64,000 nucleotides of DNA from Selenomonadaceae bacterium (GCA_017412925.1 JAFPVP010000095.1:9981-73980), one strand, 5' to 3'; shown: positions 16,295 to 25,023, counted from the first letter of the stretch. The notes: generated by a model not told the origin, from the sequence alone. A program made the numbers and translations.

Positions 16295-19200
16295 TTATTG
16301 CTTTTTTAAAGTGGAGCCGCTGATTTTATACGTTTCGTCGTTTATGTGGAAAGTTTTGGCGGTGAAATCTTTAAGAGTGACGGAGCCGCCACTGACTTTG
16401 AAAGTAATCGTGCCTTTGGATTTATTGTAAGAGGTCGTGAAGTCCAATCCGTCAAGTGTCAACGTGTCCTTAGAATCGAAGCCGAAGATTATATCTTTGC
16501 CGTCGCCGCTGTTGTAAATGAAAATATCCGCGCCGGCGTCGCCCCAGAGCGAATCATTGCCCGCGCCGCCAATGAGCGTGTCATTTCCTGCGTCGCCGTA
16601 AAGTTTATCATTGCCCGCGTTGCCGATGATTGAATCGTTGCCCGCCGCGCCATAGATCGTATCGGCTTTCGTGCCGCCGCTAATTATATTGTCAAGCGCG
16701 TTGCCCGTGATTTTAATGCCCTTTTTGAGCGCGGAGGCGTCGATAATTTTTGTTGTCAAATCAACGGTTACGGGCGAGGAAGTTTTACTTGTTACAATCA
16801 AACGCTTTGTGCCCGTGATGTTGAGCTTGTCCGAGTCAGCCGCACCGACCAAAGTTATCTTGCCCTTGCCGACCGTGACGATAATATTTTTGTTACTTGT
16901 CGTTGTCGAATAATAATCGCCCGAAACTGCAAGCGTCGAGGTCTTGTCGAAACCGTAAATAATATCGTTGCCGTCGCCCGACTTGTAATTAATCAAATTG
17001 TTCGCGCTCTCAAGTGAGATGCGATCATTGCCTTTGCCGCCCGTTATCGTCGCCGCCGTGCCGAAGACGCTGATTGTATCGTTGCCCTTGCCGCCGTCGA
17101 TTAAATTGTTCGCGGAGTTTGAGTTGCCGTAAATATAATCGTTACCGTCGCCGCCGAGAATGGTCGCATATTCTGCGCGGCTGTAAACGGAATCATTTCC
17201 CGCGCCGCCGTTTATTGAAGTTTTCGCGCCGCTGTTGGTAATGTAATCATTTCCTTTGTTTGCGTTGATTTTTACGGAGCCGGTTGCGTTCTCAATGTAA
17301 TCATCTTTTGTCGTGCCCTTGACGAGGGAGGAGCCGTCCCGGTTGCGGATAATGTTCCAAGTTTTATTAACGTCACTTATCGACGAAACGACATTAACTT
17401 TTTCCGCTCCGTAATCCGTCAACGTCAACTTTTTATTGTTGCTGAGCTTGAGGGTAATTTTATCGTTTGAACGCGAGGTAGCTTTTACTTTGAGCGAGCC
17501 GAGGACGATTGTATCGATTGCGTCAAAGCCGTTGAGTGTGTCGTTGCCCGCGCTGTAGACATAAGCCGTGCCGATACCTTCCTGCTTTGCAACATAATCA
17601 TTGCCCGTGCCGCCCGCAATCGTGTTGTAATCGCCGTAAGAGAAGACAGAATCATTGCCAGCCCCGCCGACGATTGAGGAATTCGCGCCGTTGTTGGTAA
17701 TGGAGTCATTGCCTTTGCCGCCGTCAATCACAGATTTTAATCCGTTGCTCGTGACAGTATCGTTATCGTCGCCGCCTTTGATTGTAACTTTCGAGCCGGC
17801 ACTGTAAATATAATTTTTCCCTGCGCCGCTGTTGATTGAAACGTTGCTGCCCGTGTTGGTGATTGAGTCGTTGCCCGCGCCGCCGTTCAATGTCACGTTG
17901 GATTCGCTGTTTACAATGGAATCGTTACCTTTGCCCGCGCTTATATTGAGTTTCTTTAACTTCGCCGCGCCGACTAAAGTTATCTTCCCGTCGCCGACCG
18001 TGATAATTAAATCGTCGCCGCTCTTGCTCTGAATGTAGGTGCCTTTGCCGCCGTCGATTTGGAGCGTCGAGGTCGTGTTGAAACCTTGAATAATGTCGTT
18101 GCCGTCGCCCGTCGTGTACTTGAATAAAACTTTCGAGCCGCCATTAGTAATGTAATCGTTGCCCGTGCCGGCGGTGATTGTGACTTTGGAGCCGCTGTTA
18201 GAAATGGTATCGTCACCTGCGCCCGCAGTGATTGTTGCATTTTCACCGTCGTAAGAGTTGGAAATATAATCGTTGCCCGCGCCGCTGTCGAGTTTTGCCT
18301 TTGTGCCCTCGTTGACGATTGAGTCGTTGCCGTCGCCGACGAGGATTTTTGCGCCGCTTCCCTTGTTATCAACAGAATCATTGCCCGCCCCGCCGACGAT
18401 TGAGACGTTCGCGCCGCTGTTAGTAATGTGGTCATCGTCTGCGCCGCCGTTTATCGTAACTTTTTGAGCGTCTTTGTTGATGATTATATCTTTACCTGCG
18501 CCGCCGTCAATTAAAGCTGTTGCGCCGCTGTTGCTGATTGAATCGTTGTCTGCCCCGCCGTTGATTGTCGAACTTGCGCCGCTGTTGCTAACGGTATCAT
18601 TGCCCGCGCCGCCATTGATTAAAACTTTCGAGCCGCTGTTGATAATTTTATCGTCGCCGTCGCCCGCGTCGAGTGTCGAATTCGTGCCGCTGTTTTTAAT
18701 TGAGTCGTTGCCCGCGCCGCTGACGATTGAGACGTTCGCGCCGCTGTTGCTAATTGTATCTTTGCCCGTGCCGCCGATAATGCTAACTTTTTTGCCGCCA
18801 GCGTTCGTGATTAAATTATCTCCGTTGCCGCCGTCAAGTGTCGAAGTCGCGCCGCTGTTGATTATGGTGTCGTTGTCGTCGCCGCCGCTGATTGAAACTT
18901 TGATGCCGCTGTTGCTGATTGAATCATTTCCGCCGCTACCGCTGATTGAGACGTTATCCGCATCGTTGAGCACGGTATCATTGCCCGCGCCGCCGACGAT
19001 TGTTTCTTGCGAGGAGTTGTTCTGGACATAATCGCCGTTATCGCTCAAATACGTTACGACCCTTTTGAATATCCCGTTAATGCTCACGGAAGGCAAAGAC
19101 GCCGCGCCGAGCAGAGTTATCTTGCTGTCGCCGACCGTTACGAAGATGTCATTACCGCTCGTCCGCCTAGCATAAGTGCCGGTGCCGTCGCCGATTACAA

Positions 19201-20473
19201 GGATTGCGCTTTCGTTAAAGCCTTCGATAGTGTCGTTACCGTCGCCCGTCGTATACTTGAACAGAACTTTTTCGCCGTCGTAGTTGCGAATGTAATCATC
19301 ACCTGCGCCGCTTTCGATTGTAGCTCTTTCATTCCATTGGTTAATGATTGTATCATTGCCCGCGCCGCCGACGATTGACGAGCTGTCGCCGCCGTAGCCG
19401 TTGTCAATGTAATCATCACCCGCGCCCGAATTAATTGTAGCTTTAGAACCGCCGTTGCTGATTGAGTCGTTGCCTGCGCCGCCATTGATTGACATGTTCG
19501 AGCCGGCGTCATGAGTACCTCCGTCGTAAAAGCCATTTTCGATCGTGTCGTTGCCGTCCCCGCCGTCGACTATAGAGTTATCGCCGCTGTGGTAAATTAA
19601 ATCATTACCCGCGCCGCCATTTATTGAAACTTGCGAGCCTTCGTTATAGATATAATCGTTACCGTCGCTGGCGTTGATTGAAACGTTTTCGCCGCCGTCG
19701 TTGCGAATGGAATCGTCGCCCGCGCCACCGTCGATTGTAACTTTTGAGCCGCCGCTGTTTTTAATGGAATCATTGCCCGCACCGCTAACGATTGACGAGT
19801 TTTCGCCTTCGTTTTCAATAGTGTCTGCGCCGTCGCCGCCAAGGAGCGTCGCAAAGTCGCTTTCGTATCTGTTAAATATGTAGTCATTGCCGTCGCCACT
19901 ATCGACTAAGCTGTTCTTGCCTTCGTTCCAAATGGAATCATTGCCCGCACCGCTGACGATTGACGAGTTTTCGCCGCCGTTTTCAATGGTATCGTTGCCT
20001 TCGCCGCCGTCGATTAAGCTGTTCTCGCCTTCCCAGCGGTTGTAAATGTAATCATCGCCCGCGCCCGCCTCGATTGAAACGTTCGAGCCGGCGTCGTAAG
20101 AGTAAGCGTCGTAGGAGCCGTTTTTAATCGTGTCGTCACCGTCGCCTCCGACGAGCAGAGCATAGTCGCCCTTCTCGTTTTCAATGTTGTCGTTGTCCGC
20201 GCCGCCGTAAATTTGAACATAAGCCGCCTCATCATTCCAGAAGGAGCCGTTGCCGCGCATAATCCTGTTGTCGCCCGAAATGATAATGTCGTCGCCTTCT
20301 TCAGGGTTGCCGTCCTCGTCGTAGTTGATCGTGTATCCGATGACGAGTTCCTTGTAATTGAAATTGCTTGGCGCGTAATAACGCTCAGTTGTCGAGTCAT
20401 TGAAAGTCTTTGTGCCCGTCGTGAATTCATAAGTAGCCGAGAACCTTTGGAGATTAAACGTGAACACCTTCAT
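16295..20473 (-). CDS. giant RTX-like calcium-binding repeat protein, paralog 2
   Basis: 1392 aa from ATG 20473 (AAGGAGAGG RBS 6 nt upstream; the ORF-track start at 20521 has none). Long arrays of ~19-aa units of the type xVSI(N/D)GGAGND(S/T/Y)IxNxGxx. Three GDGND-I-x-GF...ITL(V/L)GAA modules. Family C-terminal tail ...TFHINDETYKISGSTLKKQ. No Sec signal. Confidence 0.85.
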   Translation of the reverse strand: MKVFTFNLQRFSATYEFTTGTKTFNDSTTERYYAPSNFNYKELVIGYTINYDEDGNPEEGDDIIISGDNRIMRGNGSFWNDEAAYVQIYGGADNDNIENEKGDYALLVGGDGDDTIKNGSYDAYSYDAGSNVSIEAGAGDDYIYNRWEGENSLIDGGEGNDTIENGGENSSIVSGAGNDSIWNEGKNSLVDSGDGNDYIFNRYESDFATLLGGDGADTIENEGENSSIVSGAGNDSIKNSGGSKVTIDGGAGDDSIRNDGGENVSINASDGNDYIYNEGSQVSINGGAGNDLIYHSGDNSIVDGGDGNDTIENGFYDGGTHDAGSNMSINGGAGNDSISNGGSKATINSGAGDDYIDNGYGGDSSSIVGGAGNDTIINQWNERATIESGAGDDYIRNYDGEKVLFKYTTGDGNDTIEGFNESAILVIGDGTGTYARRTSGNDIFVTVGDSKITLLGAASLPSVSINGIFKRVVTYLSDNGDYVQNNSSQETIVGGAGNDTVLNDADNVSISGSGGNDSISNSGIKVSISGGDDNDTIINSGATSTLDGGNGDNLITNAGGKKVSIIGGTGKDTISNSGANVSIVSGAGNDSIKNSGTNSTLDAGDGDDKIINSGSKVLINGGAGNDTVSNSGASSTINGGADNDSISNSGATALIDGGAGKDIIINKDAQKVTINGGADDDHITNSGANVSIVGGAGNDSVDNKGSGAKILVGDGNDSIVNEGTKAKLDSGAGNDYISNSYDGENATITAGAGDDTISNSGSKVTITAGTGNDYITNGGSKVLFKYTTGDGNDIIQGFNTTSTLQIDGGKGTYIQSKSGDDLIITVGDGKITLVGAAKLKKLNISAGKGNDSIVNSESNVTLNGGAGNDSITNTGSNVSINSGAGKNYIYSAGSKVTIKGGDDNDTVTSNGLKSVIDGGKGNDSITNNGANSSIVGGAGNDSVFSYGDYNTIAGGTGNDYVAKQEGIGTAYVYSAGNDTLNGFDAIDTIVLGSLKVKATSRSNDKITLKLSNNKKLTLTDYGAEKVNVVSSISDVNKTWNIIRNRDGSSLVKGTTKDDYIENATGSVKINANKGNDYITNSGAKTSINGGAGNDSVYSRAEYATILGGDGNDYIYGNSNSANNLIDGGKGNDTISVFGTAATITGGKGNDRISLESANNLINYKSGDGNDIIYGFDKTSTLAVSGDYYSTTTSNKNIIVTVGKGKITLVGAADSDKLNITGTKRLIVTSKTSSPVTVDLTTKIIDASALKKGIKITGNALDNIISGGTKADTIYGAAGNDSIIGNAGNDKLYGDAGNDTLIGGAGNDSLWGDAGADIFIYNSGDGKDIIFGFDSKDTLTLDGLDFTTSYNKSKGTITFKVSGGSVTLKDFTAKTFHINDETYKISGSTLKKQ

Positions 20474-20519
20474 AAAAATCCTCTCCTTATACAAAAATTT
20501 TTTGGGGTGTTTTATATGC

Positions 20520-20549
20520 ATTATAGTAATTGTTTTTTTTTTTTGTCAA
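20520..20549 (-). promoter_or_regulatory. putative strong sigma70 promoter of RTX paralog 2 with an A-run in the spacer
   Basis: Minus strand: TTGACA (20549-20544), 18-nt spacer (A11 + CAATTAC), TATAAT (20525-20520). Confidence 0.55.
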
Positions 20550-20573
20550 TTCCCTACCGCAAATTTTTTTCGC

Positions 20574-20601
20574 AAAAAAAAATTCCCGCCTTTCGACGGG
20601 A
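20574..20601 (-). terminator. intrinsic terminator of RTX paralog 3
   Basis: Minus strand: TCCCG-TCGAAAGG-CGGGA hairpin followed by a T-run (A9 on the + strand at 20574-20582). Confidence 0.55.
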
Positions 20602-20620
20602 AAAAATTTCCGCGCAGATT

Positions 20621-22636
20621 TTATTGCTTAACGAGCTTTGAACCGCTGATTTTATACGTGTCGTCGTTTATGTTGAAAGTTTTGGCGGTAAAATCTTTCA
20701 GCGTTAAAGTTCCGTCTTCAAATTTAAACGTGACGGCAGAATTTTTATAAGTCGCCGTGAAATCAAGAGAATCAAGCGTCAAAGTGTCCTTTGCGTCGAA
20801 GCCGAAGATAATATCTTTGCCGGTGCCCGCCGAGTAAATGAAAACGTCCGCGCCGGCGTCGCCCCAGAGTGAATCATTGCCCGCGCCGCCGATAAGCGTA
20901 TCATTTCCCGCGCCGCCTTTGAGCGTGTCGCTACCAAGTCCGCCGTAAAGTTTATCGTTGCCCTTGTTGCCGATAATCGAATCGTTTCCGCCCTCGCCGT
21001 AAATTATATCGTTCTTGCTACCGCCCAAAATCACGTTGTCGAGCTTGTTGCCGACGATTTTAACCGCCGACGTGCGTTTAGAGGCGTCCGCCGTTCCAAT
21101 ATCCGCCGAAAGTGTCACGGGTGAAGTTGTTTTGTTATTAATCGTCAAAGTCGTCGCGCCGCTGACAACCGTCGTGTATTCCTTGCCTTTGGAATTAATC
21201 ATGCTGAGTTTTTTATCCGCGCCGTTTTTAACAGTCAACGTGCCCTTGCCGATAGTGAAGACGACATCGGAGCCGCTTAAAGTCGCCTTTGAAATCGCCG
21301 AGCCGACGGAAATTTTATCGCCCGCCGAATAATCGCTGATAACGTCCTTGCCCGCCGTGTAAATGAAAATATCGTTGCCTGCGCCGCCTTTTAACGTGTC
21401 ATTGCCCTTTCCGCCGTTCAAAGTGTCGTTTCCTTTGCCGCCGAGCAAATAATCGTTGCCCGCGCCGCTGATAATTGAATTTTCAAGCGCGTTGCCCGTG
21501 ATTTTTATATTTTTCTTGAGCGCGGAGGCTTTAACGTGCTTAACGGTGCTTTCAAAGTCCGCCAAATCCAGCGTGTCTTCCGTGTAGTCCGCCGTGACAG
21601 TCAAAACCGTTTTCTTTGCATTATAAGAGACGCCGTCGGGCACGCCGTCCGAATAATTTTTTGCGAGATAACGAAGACGAGTATACCCTGTAACTGAATT
21701 ATTGTTGTCCCTGTTGACAAAATCGCCATAGTTTTGCGAGGCGTCATCATAACCGCCGACGATTGCGCAAAGTCCCTCAAAAACATCTTTTGGCAAGTCT
21801 TCGAGATAGGCGATATTGGACTTCAAAGCAATTTCTGTAAAAGCCATTAAAAATAATCTGTCCAGATAGTTGGTAAATGGCGCAGTGTTGCCGTAACCTG
21901 TTGTCACATAAGGATAAGCCGTGCGATTGTAATATTGTTTACTGTCTAACGTTCCGTTTTTGTCGTTTTCGGTTAAATTATTGAGCAAATTGGCGTTGAG
22001 TATAATTTTAGCCTTGGAAAGGCGTCCCAAATCGTATTCAAAGTATATTGACATCGCGGTATGAATATTCATCGGATTCCAGTAGTCAAATTCTATGTCG
22101 ACTTCTTTGAGATTAGATGAATCGTCTGTAAAATTTATTCCGAGTGATTCGTTAATCAAGTCGACGGATTCGGGAATCCACCAATTATAAAGCGCACGAG
22201 TGACGAGTTTTTGTTTCGCGAGGAAATTTGCGCCGCTGTAGCCGAAATTTTCTCCGGCATCGACATCACTTTTCTCGACGTAGCTTATATTGAATTTTAA
22301 ACCGTTTTTCGTGAAGGAGTTGTATTGTGAGTTGGTGAGTTTTGTAGCCTTTGCGCTTTCGGGAACGATAGATTCGGCAGTTTTGGTAGTTTTACCACCG
22401 GCATCCGAACCTGTTATCGCACCTGTATCGGTATTAGTAATGCGAACGCCGCAATTTTGTTCGGCAAAATTTTGAGAAGCAACACCATAAGACGCATTGG
22501 TATATTTCTCTCTAAACACGTCATAACTGATTGCGCCCACAGCTTTAAAAGCCTCATCGGCAGCTTCTTCGCCGGTTTTTTTTGTTTCCACGAGAGTCTT
22601 GACGAATTTTTTGATAACTCCAACGGGTGTTGACAT
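20621..22636 (-). CDS. RTX-type calcium-binding repeat protein, paralog 3 (same N-terminal domain as paralog 1)
   Basis: 671 aa, AAGGAGA RBS. The N-terminus MSTPVGVIKKFV...NTDTGAITGSDAGG...ALYNWWIPESVDLINESLGINFTD aligns with paralog 1. RTX nonapeptides present. Family tail ...[19 protein letters not shown]. Confidence 0.85.
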   Translation of the reverse strand: MSTPVGVIKKFVKTLVETKKTGEEAADEAFKAVGAISYDVFREKYTNASYGVASQNFAEQNCGVRITNTDTGAITGSDAGGKTTKTAESIVPESAKATKLTNSQYNSFTKNGLKFNISYVEKSDVDAGENFGYSGANFLAKQKLVTRALYNWWIPESVDLINESLGINFTDDSSNLKEVDIEFDYWNPMNIHTAMSIYFEYDLGRLSKAKIILNANLLNNLTENDKNGTLDSKQYYNRTAYPYVTTGYGNTAPFTNYLDRLFLMAFTEIALKSNIAYLEDLPKDVFEGLCAIVGGYDDASQNYGDFVNRDNNNSVTGYTRLRYLAKNYSDGVPDGVSYNAKKTVLTVTADYTEDTLDLADFESTVKHVKASALKKNIKITGNALENSIISGAGNDYLLGGKGNDTLNGGKGNDTLKGGAGNDIFIYTAGKDVISDYSAGDKISVGSAISKATLSGSDVVFTIGKGTLTVKNGADKKLSMINSKGKEYTTVVSGATTLTINNKTTSPVTLSADIGTADASKRTSAVKIVGNKLDNVILGGSKNDIIYGEGGNDSIIGNKGNDKLYGGLGSDTLKGGAGNDTLIGGAGNDSLWGDAGADVFIYSAGTGKDIIFGFDAKDTLTLDSLDFTATYKNSAVTFKFEDGTLTLKDFTAKTFNINDDTYKISGSKLVKQ

Positions 22637-22764
22637 ACAAATCTCATCTCCTTAAAGGTTTCTCCAATGATATTACTAAAAATAACTTAATGAAAGAAAC
22701 CATAGGTAATACTTTTTGAACATTATACAGGTCGGAAAAAATTTTTGGTGTCCTGCCGGGACAC

Positions 22765-22791
22765 AAAAAAATCCCGCCGCTTTGACGGGAT
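22765..22791 (-). terminator. intrinsic terminator of RTX paralog 4
   Basis: Minus strand: ATCCCGTC-AAAGC-GGCGGGAT followed by T7. A second hairpin, GTGTCC-CGGCA-GGACAC, follows at 22748-22764. Confidence 0.65.
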
Positions 22792-22811
22792 TAAAAGTTT
22801 CAGTGCAGATT

Positions 22812-24755
22812 TTATTGTTTTTTGAAGCTTGAGCCGCTGATTTTATACGTTTCGTCGTTAATGTTAAAGGTTGTGGCTGTAAAATTCTTCAAAGTGATTG
22901 AACCGCTGCCAACCGTCAACGTAACAGCTCCATTTTTGTAAGCGGGCGTGAAATCGTCCATAATTTGTAAGAAATCGTCGTTGTCAAAGCCGAAAATAAC
23001 ATCTTTGCCGTCGCCGGTCATGTAAACAAAAGTATCTGCGCCCGCGTCGCCCCAAAGACTGTCATTTCCTTTGCCGCCCCAAATATTATCGTCGCCGTCG
23101 CCGCCGTAAATCTTATCGTTGCCAGCATTGCCGAGCAAATAATCATTTCCGCCCGCGCCGCGAATTGTATCGCCCTTCGAGCCGCCGTTTATCGTGTTTG
23201 CGATGTCGTTGCCGATAATTTCAACGGCGGTTTTGCGTTTCGAGGCATTTATAACTTTAATCGTGCTCCCCGCCGTGATTGGCGACTTTATATCGTCGGT
23301 TATGCTCAAAGTCGTGCCTCCAACAACCGTAACATAAGATTCTCCGTCAGAATCAGTCATTTTGAGCGTTTTTCCTTTGCCATCTTTGATAGTTAGGGTG
23401 CCTTTGCCGACTGTGAAGACAACATTAGAGCTTTTTACCGCAGATTTGGAGATTTCCGCGCCTAAAGCAATCGTATCGCCCGTTTCGTAGTCGGTGATCG
23501 TATCTTTTCCGCCCGTGTAGAAGAAAATATCGTTGCCCGCACCGCCCGTGAGCGTGTCATTGCCCGTTCCGCCCGCAAGTGAATCGTTTCCAGCACCGCC
23601 GAGGAGTTTATCATTGCCTTTTCCGCCGCTTAAAGTATCATTTCCAGCATCTCCCGCGAGTGAATCGTTGCCTGACTCGCCGAAAAGTTTATCGTTGCCC
23701 TTGCCGCCGCGAATTGTATCGTTATTTGAGCCGCCGTTTATCGTGTTTGCGATGTTATTGCCGATTATTTGAATTGGAGTCGTGCGTTTCGTGGCATTTA
23801 TAACTTTTATCTCGTTTCCTGCCGTCACGGGCGATTTTGTCTTGTCATTTACGGTCAATTCGGTCTCTCCGCTGACAATCGTATCATATTCCTTGCCAGA
23901 CGAATTAATAATGCTCAATTTCTTGCCTTTGCCGTCTTTAACAGTCAAATTTCCATTGCCAATAGTAAAAATAACGTCCGAACCGCTTAAATTTGCCTTT
24001 GAAATCGCCGCGGAGAGCTTAATTTTGTCTTCGCCCGCCGAATAATCGCTGATAACGTCCTTTCCACCCGTATAAATGAAAATATCGTTGCCTGCGCCGC
24101 CTGTAAGTGAATCATTTCCAGCTCCGCCGGTCAGACTGTCGTTGCCTTTGCCGCCTTTAATCAAATCATTGCCGCTACCGCCGATTAAGTAATCATTGCC
24201 GCTGCCGCCGACGATTGAATTATTCAGCGCGTTGCCCGTGATTTTTATAGCTTTGGTACGTGAGGAAGCGTCGATTTTTTCAATATCGGAGTCGACAGTT
24301 ATTTTTGAAGGGTCTGCATTAGTAATTTTCAAAAAATACGGCGTATCCCATTCGCAAATGAAATAATCGCCGCTGAAGAAGTACCTGTCATTCCATTTAT
24401 CTATGAACTTTCCATTTCTGGGAACAATACATGCATAATTTTCTGCTCCACGTTCACCATGATTATTTGGCTCACCACTTGCCCAATTTGTGTATGTTAC
24501 GGCTTCGCCCGTTACCCAAGTCCAATTTCCTTCATGTTCGGCATCGCTAAATCCAATGTAATATATCTTGTCTTCATTTCGACTGAAAAGATAGCTAACG
24601 ATTGCATTATTCTCTTCAGAATCATTGATAACAGCGAGGTGCCCGCCAAGAGATTCGCAATAAGCTTCTGCCGCTTCCCAAGTATCGGCTACATTCGAGT
24701 AGACATAATATTTGTGTCCGTCGTAAACGAAGGCGTCGGAAGGAATTTTATTCAT
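22812..24755 (-). CDS. C-type-lectin-domain / RTX calcium-binding repeat fusion protein, paralog 4
   Basis: 647 aa. The N-terminal ~135 aa has CTLD hallmarks (WEAAEAYCESLGGHLAVINDSEEN...WTW..G....YTNWASGEPNN...ENYACI...WNDRYF...FICEW). The rest is RTX repeats plus modules shared with paralogs 1 and 3. Family tail ...TFNINDETYKISGSSFKKQ. Confidence 0.85.
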   Translation of the reverse strand: MNKIPSDAFVYDGHKYYVYSNVADTWEAAEAYCESLGGHLAVINDSEENNAIVSYLFSRNEDKIYYIGFSDAEHEGNWTWVTGEAVTYTNWASGEPNNHGERGAENYACIVPRNGKFIDKWNDRYFFSGDYFICEWDTPYFLKITNADPSKITVDSDIEKIDASSRTKAIKITGNALNNSIVGGSGNDYLIGGSGNDLIKGGKGNDSLTGGAGNDSLTGGAGNDIFIYTGGKDVISDYSAGEDKIKLSAAISKANLSGSDVIFTIGNGNLTVKDGKGKKLSIINSSGKEYDTIVSGETELTVNDKTKSPVTAGNEIKVINATKRTTPIQIIGNNIANTINGGSNNDTIRGGKGNDKLFGESGNDSLAGDAGNDTLSGGKGNDKLLGGAGNDSLAGGTGNDTLTGGAGNDIFFYTGGKDTITDYETGDTIALGAEISKSAVKSSNVVFTVGKGTLTIKDGKGKTLKMTDSDGESYVTVVGGTTLSITDDIKSPITAGSTIKVINASKRKTAVEIIGNDIANTINGGSKGDTIRGAGGNDYLLGNAGNDKIYGGDGDDNIWGGKGNDSLWGDAGADTFVYMTGDGKDVIFGFDNDDFLQIMDDFTPAYKNGAVTLTVGSGSITLKNFTATTFNINDETYKISGSSFKKQ

Positions 24756-24807
24756 AAAATCATCTCCTCTTCAAAATATTGTTATTGTTATTACTAAACT
24801 CAGCCAT

Positions 24808-24868
24808 AAAATAGCCTCCTCACTAAAAATAAACGATATCGACAGAAATTTTTGCCGTGCAGACCTCC
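24808..24868 (-). promoter_or_regulatory. conserved 5' leader, copy 1 (upstream of the lectin-RTX gene)
   Basis: About 60 nt, nearly identical to 30010-30072. Minus strand: GGAGGTCTGCACGGCAAAAATTTCTGTCGATATCGTTTATTTTTAGTGAGGAGGCTATTTT-ATG. Confidence 0.6.
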
Positions 24869-24908
24869 TTTTTTACTAAAGAACAAAGAAAACAATACTT
24901 TCCCGCTT

Positions 24909-24939
24909 ATTATCCCCCCCCCCAATGCCCCGTTGTCAA
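24909..24939 (-). promoter_or_regulatory. putative promoter of the lectin-RTX gene with a G-run in the spacer
   Basis: Minus strand: TTGACA (24939-24934), 19-nt spacer (ACGGGGCATT + G9), GATAAT (24914-24909). The C10 run on the + strand is at 24914-24923. Confidence 0.45.
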
Positions 24940-24989
24940 GACTTTTTATAAAAAATTTTAAAAAAAACATGCGCGGCACTTAAAATAAT

Positions 24990-25023
24990 AAAAAAAAGCG
25001 GCTCCGCCATGTGACGAAGCCGT
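24990..25023 (-). terminator. intrinsic terminator of RTX paralog 5
   Basis: Minus strand: CGGCTTCG-TCACATGG-CGGAGCCG (one mismatch) followed by T8. Confidence 0.6.

Noticed and set aside
17832-19031. Pro/Ser/Leu-rich plus-strand ORFs antisense to RTX genes (e.g. 18474-19031, 21015-21332, 23533-23772, 25342-25662, 25909-26373, 27369-27641, 27849-28196) and Arg-rich ones (25598-26041, 27295-28068)
   Set aside because: They are mirror images of the GGxGxD codon repeats (GCC/GCC/GTC read backwards). They have no RBS, and they lie entirely inside much longer, motif-rich genes on the other strand.
16161-24960. Sigma-28 (FliA) promoters upstream of the RTX genes, which would tie them to the flagellar regulon
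   Set aside because: I found no TAAA-N15-GCCGATAA-like element in any of the island's intergenic regions. The visible elements are sigma70-like.
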